From positions 4,769 to 22,602 of the forward strand of contig DCUF01000004.1 of assembly GCA_002328485.1 (NCBI GenBank): a stretch of DNA of 17,834 nt, read 5' to 3'. Shown one piece after another: positions 1 to 7,637 of this stretch. Source of the DNA: Deltaproteobacteria bacterium UBA2221. GTDB lineage: Bacteria; Desulfobacterota; Syntrophorhabdia; Syntrophorhabdales; WCHB1-27. Under the pieces are notes generated by a model that worked only from the letters and a program-made list of their open reading frames with translations, ran no database searches and was not told the origin of the DNA. Each line of letters begins with the position of its first letter. Within the stretch, counting starts at the first letter, position 1. Both the position numbers and the translations under genes were made by a program.

Positions 1-546
1 GCCACCTGGTGGATCCGCCAGGCCATCGAAAGGGCCATCTGTAACTATGCGCGCACCATTCGTCTGCCGGTCCACGTCTCAACAAGGATAAGGAAGATCT
101 CCAAAACCGTCTATGGATATCTGGAGCGTGAAGGCAGGGAGCCGACGCCCGAGGAGATCGTGAGCGCCACGGAGATCCCCATCGATTTCGTTCGAAATCT
201 CTTTTCCATTGTGACCCAGACCTATTCCATAGAATCCATGTATGAGGAGGATGAGGGCTTTCCTGCCGAGGAAATGATGGGATCGACCCAGGACGAACCG
301 CTCTCGGCCCTGGAACAGTCAAAACGGATCGAGGAGATTGCATCCTGGCTCGACGACCTCCGTGAGGACGAGAAAAAGGTCATCATGATGCGTTATGGTC
401 TTGACGAGGAAGAGCCCCAAACCCTCGAGGCCATCGGCAAAGTCTTCGGCGTAACGAGGGAAAGGATCAGGCAGATTGAAAGCAGGGCCATCGGGAAGCT
501 GAGAAGAATTGTGAAAAGAAAAAATATCGGTCGGGAAATCATATAG
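1..546 (+). CDS. RNA polymerase sigma factor, sigma-70 family (group 1/2, RpoD/RpoS-like); 5' end lies outside the window
   Basis: Frame 1 is open from base 1 (ATWWIRQAIERAICNYARTIRLPVHV...), giving a region 2.4 motif, then region 3, then the region 4.2 helix-turn-helix (TLEAIGKVFGVTRERIRQIESRAIGKLRR). TAG stop at 544-546. The short C-terminal tail after region 4 is more RpoS-like than RpoD-like. The internal Met at 160 in the ORF track is not the true start. Confidence 0.85.
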   Translation, partial: ATWWIRQAIERAICNYARTIRLPVHVSTRIRKISKTVYGYLEREGREPTPEEIVSATEIPIDFVRNLFSIVTQTYSIESMYEEDEGFPAEEMMGSTQDEPLSALEQSKRIEEIASWLDDLREDEKKVIMMRYGLDEEEPQTLEAIGKVFGVTRERIRQIESRAIGKLRRIVKRKNIGREII

Positions 547-559
547 AGGCAGGAAAGAC

Positions 560-580
560 AGCTATCAGCTATCAGCTACA
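560..580. repeat. short tandem repeat: AGCTATC AGCTATC AGCTACA (3 x 7 bp), just 3' of the sigma factor stop
   Basis: Read directly from the sequence at 560-580. Confidence 0.4.
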
Positions 581-651
581 AGACCTTTGAAACAGAAGAA
601 CCACGATAATTTTCTTGTTGGTCTCCGCCAAGTTCCTGAAGTGGCCACGCT

Positions 652-2157
652 TTGACCCGCTCGTCGGCCAATTACCTCATCCGAAAAGGATCGATCATCA
701 CGCTGATCACGCTGATCAGCAGGCCTCTTGGCTACATACGCGAGGCAGTTCAGGCCTATCTTTTCGGCGCTACTATCCTTGTTGACGCCTTTGTCGTTTC
801 TTTCAACTTTCCGGAGATGATCCAGAACCTCTTCTTCACCGGCGCAACGAGCGCTTTTCTCATCCCTGTCTGCTCACGGTATCTGGCAGATCGGGAGGAG
901 TTTTCCCGTATCTACTCCTTATTTATCAACCTTTCCGTGCTGGTAACGGGAATCGTATCGTTATTTTTCCTGATTTTCAGCACACCCGTCATGGCCCTTA
1001 TTGCTCCGGGCTTCAGCGTAGGCGGGAGGCTTATCGCGAGGAATCTCTTCATTATCATGATTCCTGTTATCTCCCTTCACGCGATTCTGTCCATCATGAA
1101 GGCCTTTCTCAATGCCAAAGAGCAGTTCGCAGCTCCTGAGATATCGGGCATCGTATGGAATATCGTTTTTATCCTCTTTGCCGTGTTTCTTGGCCGCAAG
1201 ATCGGCATCTACAGCCTGGCGCTCGGTGTCAGCGTCGGCGCGGTCGTTCAGATACTTGTTCAGATACCCTATCTGAGAAAGAACGGAATCCACTACACAG
1301 GATTCCCCTCCTTCCGTCATCCATCCGTCGTCGAGGCACGCAGGCTTTTCACCGGAGCCCTTATCGCGACCTCGATCGTCCCGATTAACAGTTTCGTCGG
1401 CAGGATCATCGGGTCATATCTGCCGGCGGGCGAGGTATCCTCTCTTGCTTACGCCTTCCGTATATTCATTCTTCCCTTCAGCCTCTTTGGTGTTCCCGCC
1501 TATACGGTTCTCTTCTCTAAGATATCGGCCCTTTATCACGAAGATGATACAAGGGCCATGTTCTCCCATATAGACAGCGCTATCGTTCTCCTTTGTATCA
1601 CATTGATCCCCTCGACCATCTTCCTCTGCCTATGGGGTGATGTCTTTGTGAAGATTCTCTACGAGCGGGGGGCATTCACCGCCACAGAAACCCACATGAC
1701 ATTCAGGGCGCTGATCGGCTACAGCACGGGGCTCCTCTTTTATGCCCTCTCTATCTGCTTCGTGCGTATCTTCAATGCCTTTCATGATGTGCGGACCCCG
1801 GCTATGATCGGTCTTACCTCCATCGCCCTTAACGGGGTGCTGGCCTTTTTGCTCATGAAGAATTTCGGGAATCTCGGTATATCCCTCGCAACATCCATCG
1901 TCTCACTCTACAATTTTAGCCTGCTCTGCTTCCTGCTTTGTCGCAAAAGAGGCTACCGCCCCTCACCCGAGACCCGTCTGGCCCTCGGAAAATCGGTTCT
2001 CGCCGCCCTCGTTCTCCTCCTTGCCGTCTACGCTGTCCGCAGGGTGCTGTCACCGTCCCAATACCTTCCTCTGGCACTGAGCGTCATCCTCGCCCCCTGC
2101 GTCTACGGGTTCTTTTTCAAGGACGTCCTCGTCTCTTTCTTGAGGAGACGCGCCTGA
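652..2157 (+). CDS. murJ: lipid II flippase MurJ (MviN family)
   Basis: 501-aa polytopic membrane protein. The N-terminus (...ITLITLISRPLGYIREAVQAYLFGA...) matches the conserved MurJ/MviN TLxSRxLGxxRE motif. It is hydrophobic throughout, with a basic C-terminus. Start is TTG at 652, the first start codon in the open frame, and the Shine-Dalgarno site is weak. Confidence 0.85.
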   Translation: MTRSSANYLIRKGSIITLITLISRPLGYIREAVQAYLFGATILVDAFVVSFNFPEMIQNLFFTGATSAFLIPVCSRYLADREEFSRIYSLFINLSVLVTGIVSLFFLIFSTPVMALIAPGFSVGGRLIARNLFIIMIPVISLHAILSIMKAFLNAKEQFAAPEISGIVWNIVFILFAVFLGRKIGIYSLALGVSVGAVVQILVQIPYLRKNGIHYTGFPSFRHPSVVEARRLFTGALIATSIVPINSFVGRIIGSYLPAGEVSSLAYAFRIFILPFSLFGVPAYTVLFSKISALYHEDDTRAMFSHIDSAIVLLCITLIPSTIFLCLWGDVFVKILYERGAFTATETHMTFRALIGYSTGLLFYALSICFVRIFNAFHDVRTPAMIGLTSIALNGVLAFLLMKNFGNLGISLATSIVSLYNFSLLCFLLCRKRGYRPSPETRLALGKSVLAALVLLLAVYAVRRVLSPSQYLPLALSVILAPCVYGFFFKDVLVSFLRRRA

Positions 2158-2218
2158 CAGGTATAGCTATGGCAATGGACGGTCGGGATGACGGGTTCCA
2201 GTAGACGATCCATATATC

Positions 2219-3487
2219 ATGCCCGAGAAATACAAAAAGGATTCTCAGTATGCCAAGTTCAGCGCCTACGGCTTCCTCAAAAACCTGAGACTGTTTGAGC
2301 CATTTCTGATCCTGTTCCTGTTGGAAAGGAACCTGAGCTTTACCCTGATCGGCATGCTCTACGCCTATCGGGAGATCATGACCAACGTTCTGGAGGTGCC
2401 AACCGGCATCATGGCTGATGCATGGGGCCGCAGGCGCTCCATGGTACTGTCGTTTCTGGCCTACATTATCTCTTTCCTGGTCTTCTATAACGCCTTGGCC
2501 TACTGGCTCTTGATGGTGGGAATGACCTTTTTCGCCTTTGGTGAGGCCTTCCGGGGAGGGACTCACAAGGCCATGATCTTCGAATACCTGAGGATAAAGG
2601 GTTGGCAGGACCAGAAGGTCGATTACTATGGTCACACCCGTTCGTGGTCGCAGAATGGTTCGGCCGTCTCCGCCCTTATCTCAGCGGGAATAGTCTTCGT
2701 CAGCGGTCGCTACGACGTAGTCTTTCTGATCTCCGCCCTGCCCTATATCATCAATCTGTTCCTGATGCTCTCCTATCCGCAGGAACTCGATGGGGAGGTC
2801 CACAACAACGGCAGCGTCAAGGAGGGTTTCACGGTGATTTGGCAGCGCTTCAAAAGCACATCCAGGGTTTCCGGTGCCCTGCGCGCAACGACCAACGTGT
2901 GCATCTACGACGGGTTCTATAATGCCATCAAGGACTTCCTGCAGCCTGTCATCAAGAGCCTGGCCCTCGCCTCCCCCCTCTTGGTCTTTCTCCACGAGAA
3001 ACAGCGTTCGGCCGTTCTGGTCGGGATCATCTACTGCGGTATCTATCTGATGAGCTCACGAGCGAGTCGGGGGTCTGGCCCCTTCGCCGCTCGATACGCA
3101 ACCCTCACCCGTCCTCTGAATCTTACGATGCTTCTCGGGTTTGGTCTGGGCGTTCTTTGCGGTCTGGCATATCTTGCGGGCTACAATCTTGCCGCCACTG
3201 TTTTTTTCGCCGGCATTTTTGTCATTCAGAACCTGCGATCACCCATGAGCGTAACCTATGTAAGCGATACGGTCCCGCGGGAGGTCCTGGCAACATCCCT
3301 TTCCGTGCGGTCGCTGGTGACCGCGCTGTACACCGCCGTCATGGCCTTCGTGGTGGGCGTTCTGGCGGACCATATCGGGTTGGGCCTTGCCCTGGTCATT
3401 CTTTCTTTTTCCTTGGTGGCGCTAACGCCCCTGTACGCACTAAAGACGGGGAAGACCGCTCTCCCTATGGTGGACACAGCGTCTTGA
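2219..3487 (+). CDS. MFS-type transporter (major facilitator superfamily)
   Basis: 422 aa with about 12 predicted hydrophobic spans. The MFS motif A (GIMADAWGRRRS) sits between the second and third helices. Substrate unknown. Confidence 0.7.
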   Translation: MPEKYKKDSQYAKFSAYGFLKNLRLFEPFLILFLLERNLSFTLIGMLYAYREIMTNVLEVPTGIMADAWGRRRSMVLSFLAYIISFLVFYNALAYWLLMVGMTFFAFGEAFRGGTHKAMIFEYLRIKGWQDQKVDYYGHTRSWSQNGSAVSALISAGIVFVSGRYDVVFLISALPYIINLFLMLSYPQELDGEVHNNGSVKEGFTVIWQRFKSTSRVSGALRATTNVCIYDGFYNAIKDFLQPVIKSLALASPLLVFLHEKQRSAVLVGIIYCGIYLMSSRASRGSGPFAARYATLTRPLNLTMLLGFGLGVLCGLAYLAGYNLAATVFFAGIFVIQNLRSPMSVTYVSDTVPREVLATSLSVRSLVTALYTAVMAFVVGVLADHIGLGLALVILSFSLVALTPLYALKTGKTALPMVDTAS

Positions 3488-3573
3488 TCCCATTTCCTTG
3501 GTCTCTACCCGGGCTCCATAGAAAGTTCTGTCGAGGGCCACGCTATCAAGGGAACACGGAACTCGTTGTGGTT

Positions 3574-3602
3574 TTGACTTCTGAGGGGACAAAATGTATA
3601 CT
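3574..3602 (+). promoter_or_regulatory. sigma-70-type promoter candidate: TTGACT, 17-nt spacer, TATACT (TG immediately 5' of the -10)
   Basis: -35 TTGACT at 3574-3579 and -10 TATACT at 3597-3602, with a 17-nt spacer; each hexamer matches consensus at 5 of 6 positions. Caveat: the same stretch can be read as a Shine-Dalgarno site (GAGGGG, 3583-3588) plus ATG at 3594 opening a 13-codon ORF (MYTPFTTQLSRNC). Confidence 0.4.
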
Positions 3603-3687
3603 CCTTTTACGACACAATTAAGTAGGAACTGTTAAAACCAAAGGGTTCAGGGATTTATAGTCCTTGAAGGGTAGTTGCAAAGTGGCC

Positions 3688-3735
3688 GGGCCGCCATCAG
3701 AAGCACAGTCTTCCGGTGGCGGCCCGTTTGTATTT
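3688..3735 (+). terminator. rho-independent terminator (16-bp stem with one mismatch, 6-nt loop, U-rich tail)
   Basis: GGGCCGCCATCAGAAG (3688-3703) pairs with CTTCCGGTGGCGGCCC (3710-3725), including one A-C mismatch and one G-U pair. Loop is CACAGT. It is followed by GTTTGTATTT (3726-3735). It lies about 200 nt after the MFS stop and about 70 nt before the prohibitin start. Confidence 0.5.
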
Positions 3736-3802
3736 GACGGTGCATAAATACGGCCTTTGGTAAGGCGGCGCTGGCTGTCTCAATAAAGAATGGGGAGGAA
3801 AT

Positions 3803-4666
3803 GTGATGGACGAAAGAGAACTGTACAGGGCCAAGGAAGCAATGGGATCTGCAATGGGAAGGATACCCAGAAGACCGGTTTTGATTGTAGGGATAATTCT
3901 GTTGATTCTTCTGTTTTTCCGTCCCTTTGTTCAGATAGGGGCGGGTGAAAGGGGCGTTGTACTCAATTTCGGCGCAGTTCAGAACAGAGTGCTGGGCGAA
4001 GGACTGCATGTGAGAATACCCATTGTGCAGACGGTTGTCCATGTGGACGTGAAGGTGCAGAAGTCGGAGTCCGAGGCAGCGGCAGCCTCATCGGATTTGC
4101 AGGATGTCAGTTCGAGGGTCGTCCTCAATTATCACATCATTCCCGATAAGGCGAACGTTGTCTATCAGACCATAGGCGTTGCTTTTAAAGAGAGAATCAT
4201 AGACCCTGCCGTTCAAGAAGTGGTAAAGGCTGTTACCGCCAAATACACCGCAGAGGAGCTAATCACGAAGAGACCGGCAGTGAGCGATGCCATGAAAGCG
4301 GCCCTCACCGAAAGGCTTCTCCTCAACAATATAGCCGTTGATGCCTTCTCCATCGTGGGTTTCAGCTTCTCAAAGGGATTCATGGAAGCCATCGAGGCCA
4401 AGCAGACTGCGGAACAGCTTGCGCTGAAGGCAAAGAGAGACTTAGACAGGATAAAGATCGAGGCACAACAGAAAGTTACCGCGGCACAAGCGGAGGCCGA
4501 GTCCTTAAGGCTGCAGCGCGCCAATATTTCTTCAGACCTGATAGAACTCAGAAGGGTTGAGGCCAATCTCAAAGCAATAGAGAAATGGAACGGAATACTG
4601 CCACAAGTTACCGGGGCGGGAGCAGTACCGTTCATCGGCGTAGGCGGGGCGGAGAGTAAGAAATAG
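3803..4666 (+). CDS. prohibitin / SPFH (band 7) domain membrane protein
   Basis: N-terminal transmembrane segment (VLIVGIILLILLFF), then an SPFH core with the prohibitin-like block FSIVGFSFSKGFMEAIEAKQTAEQLALKAK, then a C-terminal coiled coil. Shine-Dalgarno GGGGAGGA at 3792-3799; start is GTG at 3803 or ATG at 3806. No NfeD partner gene is adjacent. Confidence 0.8.
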   Translation: MMDERELYRAKEAMGSAMGRIPRRPVLIVGIILLILLFFRPFVQIGAGERGVVLNFGAVQNRVLGEGLHVRIPIVQTVVHVDVKVQKSESEAAAASSDLQDVSSRVVLNYHIIPDKANVVYQTIGVAFKERIIDPAVQEVVKAVTAKYTAEELITKRPAVSDAMKAALTERLLLNNIAVDAFSIVGFSFSKGFMEAIEAKQTAEQLALKAKRDLDRIKIEAQQKVTAAQAEAESLRLQRANISSDLIELRRVEANLKAIEKWNGILPQVTGAGAVPFIGVGGAESKK

Positions 4667-4725
4667 AGGGAACAGCCAGATAGGGTGTTGTTATTCGTGT
4701 CGATCAGCTCCCTTTTTTCCTGGAG

Positions 4726-4997
4726 TTAAGAATCCCGGCCTTTTTTGAGCCACTCCACCTCAACCTTGAGCTGGCCGATCTGCTTTATTTCTTCTTCGTG
4801 GGCTTTGTCCTTCTTAGCCTGATGGGAAGAGAAGAGCGTGGGGAGACTTTCTAAGGCCTGTTTTCTCCACTGGGTGATCTGGTTGGGATGGACGCCATAC
4901 TCGCTTGCCAGTTCGGCGATGGTCTTCTCGTTCTTAAACGATTCGAGGACTACCTCGCTTTGAATGTGTTGTCGTACCGCTTTCTGTGATCTATCAT
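4726..4997 (-). mobile_element. IS3-family transposase orfA remnant (HTH + leucine-zipper OrfA), frameshifted; orfB and the right end are missing
   Basis: Minus strand from ATG at 4997 reads MIDHRKRYDNTFKAR and then hits TAG. The -1 frame continues VVLESFKNEKTIAELASEYGVHPNQITQWRKQALESL...IKQIGQLKVEVEWLKKGRDS to TAA at 4726-4728. This is the characteristic IS3/IS2-group OrfA pattern: FK..VV..........A...GV....I..W.KQ followed by a heptad leucine zipper. An A6G run (CTCAAAAAAGGC) lies 4 codons before the stop, as in IS3-family frameshift windows. No transposase orfB follows; the prohibitin gene ends 60 bp away. The ORF track misses it because the long frame has no start codon. Confidence 0.5.
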
Positions 4998-5263
4998 GCT
5001 GCCCTATTCTCCTTCCTGAGTTATATCACTCACAGAGAGGAGGGGTTGTCCACCTTAAGGGTGTGTCCAGATTGTGGGGGGGGTAAGCATACAACCTCGC
5101 AATTTTTTGACCGCGGGGGGAGCTTGGGGGCACACCTCCAGTGAAGTGGATAGAACTTTCGACGGCAAGCGAATCCTTTTTTGATGATGGGTTTAGAGGC
5201 GGTGTTGAGGGGGGACGGTGGTTGGTACGAGAGGGCCTTCGCAGAATCGTTTGCGGCGAGAAG

Positions 5264-6328
5264 TTATTTTCTTCTTTTAACCCGCCTGTAAACCCAACAG
5301 AAGAGGAAGAAGAAAAGGACTGCCCCTCCTCCTTCACGGATCATCTTCAAGGCCAGCCTTCGCACCCGGCCCTGGGCCGACACCTTTGTGTCAGCAAGGT
5401 AGAGCCCGACCAGACCGTGGCAGACAAGACGATGAAAACCGGCATGGGGTAGTTCGGAAACGGCTTTGTCGGACTCTTGAAGAAAACGGGTCAGCCGCGA
5501 CACGAGCGCTGAATCACTCTCATAATAGGAACAGAAGTTGAGATCACCGCCGATTTGGTCCTCCTCCTGGTCCACAAGATAATCCATGAGTATGTGGAGT
5601 CCCTGGACCCAGGGGAAATAGGTCCGCCTGATCGCAGATGCCATATCAGCGGAAAAGTTCTGATCGAAAGAGGAGGAAACCAACGCAAAGATCCCGAGTG
5701 TAGAACCGGAACTGGCAGAGAATTCGTACCATCTCAAATCGGGTAGCCCGTCCCGATTGGCTTCAAACCATCGCTGTAATCGATCGACCCTCTCTTCAAT
5801 ACGCACATGCTTATGGATTTGCAGATCGGCATAGTAGCCCTCGAGCTCGTGGAGATACGGTTGAATATCAGGATAGGCAGGCGCTGAGACAAGGACCTCC
5901 TGGCATACTCTCACCAGATCTGCGAGGTAACCTCCGTCTTCGCGCTCGTTTCGATAGCGGTAGTAGTCCCGGAACGGGGCCCCTGGCGTAAGGGCATCGC
6001 GCATGGATTCATGAAGAGCGGCAAAATCGCGAGGGTCCAGTGAGGTGCTTCGATCGCACAGGTTGTCCAGGTAGTCACTGATTGTCTGATAGGCCACGAT
6101 GAAGCGGATTGCTTCATCGCTGCAATCTCCCGCAAGGACCGAGTAGATCCCGCCGCCCTCGCAGTGAAAGGTCTTTTTTTCAATGCTCATCAGGGCCTGT
6201 CGACGAAGCTCAGCATCCGGGATCGCCCTTGCACGGTCGGTCCAGAAGTCAAGCCACCGATGAACGCGAGGGACGACCGAACAGGTGATTCGGGCCGTAA
6301 TAGTCCACGGGGCGACAGGTATTGACAT
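5264..6328 (-). CDS. YtpB/DUF2600-family protein (tetraprenyl-beta-curcumene synthase-like terpene synthase family)
   Basis: ~355 aa. Blocks I recall as DUF2600/YtpB signatures are present: KTFHCEGG, IAYQTISDYLDNLCDRSTSLDP, HILMDYLVDQEEDQIGGDLNF, and a hydrophobic/basic C-terminus FFFLFCWVYRRVKRRK. The Asp-rich DYLDN and DYLVDQEED motifs fit a class I terpene-synthase-like metal site. I chose ATG at 6328 (AGGA 9 nt upstream) over the unsupported TTG at 6370 used by the ORF track. Family assignment is from memory of the family, not from a search. Confidence 0.5.
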   Translation of the reverse strand: MSIPVAPWTITARITCSVVPRVHRWLDFWTDRARAIPDAELRRQALMSIEKKTFHCEGGGIYSVLAGDCSDEAIRFIVAYQTISDYLDNLCDRSTSLDPRDFAALHESMRDALTPGAPFRDYYRYRNEREDGGYLADLVRVCQEVLVSAPAYPDIQPYLHELEGYYADLQIHKHVRIEERVDRLQRWFEANRDGLPDLRWYEFSASSGSTLGIFALVSSSFDQNFSADMASAIRRTYFPWVQGLHILMDYLVDQEEDQIGGDLNFCSYYESDSALVSRLTRFLQESDKAVSELPHAGFHRLVCHGLVGLYLADTKVSAQGRVRRLALKMIREGGGAVLFFFLFCWVYRRVKRRK

Positions 6329-6595
6329 GCACGTAATCCTAAATGGTACCGGGTTATTTGTAAATAGCAAAAGGCCGAGCGCAGCATAGGTTGCGTTCCA
6401 TAAGATCGTCCGGAGGGCGGCGAATAGAGAAAGAACGCCCCACCATGCCGAGGGGTAGGGTCATCGCCCTCCACTCGGTCACGCATGGGCATTCATTCTG
6501 TTTGTCCTTGCCCTCAGCCCCGTGGTCCTGGTAATAAGTTACTAGGTCGGCACGACGACATTTCCGATCAAGAAAATCCATTGAGGAGGTGTACC

Positions 6596-6745
6596 ATGGA
6601 CGGGACGGCTAGCGAGGAGGAGAACAAGACAAGGATCAAGAGACCTCCCTTTGTCGGCTTGATTGCCTTTCTTATGGGGGTCCTACTGGGGATCTTCATC
6701 CCCCTCAGCCGCCGGCTGAGAAGACCCGGCTCGACGGAGAAATAG
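6596..6745 (+). CDS. small (49 aa) single-pass membrane protein, hypothetical
   Basis: Strong Shine-Dalgarno GAGGAGG (6583-6589) 6 nt before ATG at 6596. Product is MDGTASEEENKTRIKRPPFVGLIAFLMGVLLGIFIPLSRRLRRPGSTEK: one clear transmembrane helix flanked by charged residues. The ORF-track entry 6485..6745 is the same frame extended 5' to an unsupported start. Confidence 0.4.
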   Translation: MDGTASEEENKTRIKRPPFVGLIAFLMGVLLGIFIPLSRRLRRPGSTEK

Positions 6746-6776
6746 CAGAATCGGAAACGGGCCAGGATTCTGGCCC

Positions 6777-7568
6777 CTACGCTTTCACGGCCCGGTGGAT
6801 AACGGCGATTCCGTTGGTCATGCGTTCGTAAGTCACGTCGCGGAAGCCCAATCCGCCGAGGATCGATGCCAGACGATCAGCAGACGGAAAAAGCCGAATC
6901 GATTCCGGGAGGTAGGTATAGGCCTTGCGAGTACCTGCAAAAATACTCCCCGCGAGGGGCATCACAACAAAAGAATAGAAGTCATAGAGGGCACCGAACA
7001 ACCGGCTGGTGGGTCTTGAAAACTCCAGGCAGACAAAGGTCCCTCCCGGCTTCAGTACCCGGTGCATCTCGGCAAGGCCCTTTTCCATGTGGGTGAAATT
7101 TCGAATCCCAAACCCGACCATAACACCGTCGAAGGTGTTGTCAGCGAAGGACATGATCTCAGCGTCGCCCTGCACACGTTCTATTCGCTCGCTAAATCCG
7201 CTCCTTTCCATCTTTTCTTTTCCTGCCTGAAGCATGGCGTAATTGATGTCGTAGACAATGATCCCTCCGATGCCACGAGATCGTTTGAGGGCCAGCAGGG
7301 ATAGATCGGCAGTACCGCCGCAGACGTCGAGAATCTTCGCACCCTTCGGGAGGGGCATCCGCTTCACGGTAACCCGTTTCCACCAGTAGTGGAGACCGAA
7401 GCTCAGGAGGGTATTCATGAAGTCGTATTTGCGGGCTATGGATGTGAAGTGGTCACGGACCAAGCGGTCCTTCTCAGCAGCAGAAACCTTGTGATAGCCG
7501 AAGGAATAGTCCTTCCGCTCATCGCCGGTGTCATTTACGCCATGGTGCGACCCTTTTTCCACAGCCAC
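6777..7568 (-). CDS. ubiE: demethylmenaquinone / ubiquinone C-methyltransferase (UbiE/MenG/COQ5 family, class I SAM-dependent methyltransferase)
   Basis: N-terminal FGYHKVSAAEKDRLVRDHFTSIARKYDFMN...HYWWKR is the UbiE signature. SAM motif I is ILDVCGGTAD, and post-I/II/III blocks are present. GTG start with GGAGGG 5 nt upstream. Confidence 0.85.
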   Translation of the reverse strand: MAVEKGSHHGVNDTGDERKDYSFGYHKVSAAEKDRLVRDHFTSIARKYDFMNTLLSFGLHYWWKRVTVKRMPLPKGAKILDVCGGTADLSLLALKRSRGIGGIIVYDINYAMLQAGKEKMERSGFSERIERVQGDAEIMSFADNTFDGVMVGFGIRNFTHMEKGLAEMHRVLKPGGTFVCLEFSRPTSRLFGALYDFYSFVVMPLAGSIFAGTRKAYTYLPESIRLFPSADRLASILGGLGFRDVTYERMTNGIAVIHRAVKA

Positions 7569-7591
7569 TGTAGCCCTCCGTCAAGCTGCAG

Positions 7592-7620
7592 ATTATAGCA
7601 GCAGATAAACGACTTATCCA
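7592..7620 (-). promoter_or_regulatory. candidate sigma-70 promoter for ubiE: -35 TGGATA, 17-nt spacer, -10 TATAAT
   Basis: On the minus strand, TATAAT is the reverse complement of 7592-7597 and TGGATA is the reverse complement of 7615-7620, spaced 17 nt, about 25 nt upstream of the ubiE GTG. It lies just before and overlaps the pgi stop at 7638. Confidence 0.3.
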
Positions 7621-7637
7621 GCGTTGAAGCTCTGCTG

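Noticed and set aside
587-615. Possible murJ promoter (TTGAAA ... GATAAT) downstream of the sigma factor gene
   Set aside because: The spacing between the hexamers is 12 nt, or 15 nt with the alternative -10; neither is an acceptable sigma-70 geometry.
5026-5452. 103-aa ORFs on both strands (5026..5337 - and 5141..5452 +) next to the IS remnant
   Set aside because: Low-complexity Pro/Ser/Gly or Glu-rich translations that overlap the ytpB-like C-terminus. They are more likely a consequence of the G/C homopolymer tracts.
6354-6581. 75-aa minus-strand ORF (MDFLDRKCRR...) in the ubiE to ytpB-like spacer
   Set aside because: No Shine-Dalgarno site; the sequence upstream of its ATG is the complement of the strong + strand Shine-Dalgarno site. 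It overlaps the ytpB-like start region. The + strand 49-aa membrane ORF explains the region better.
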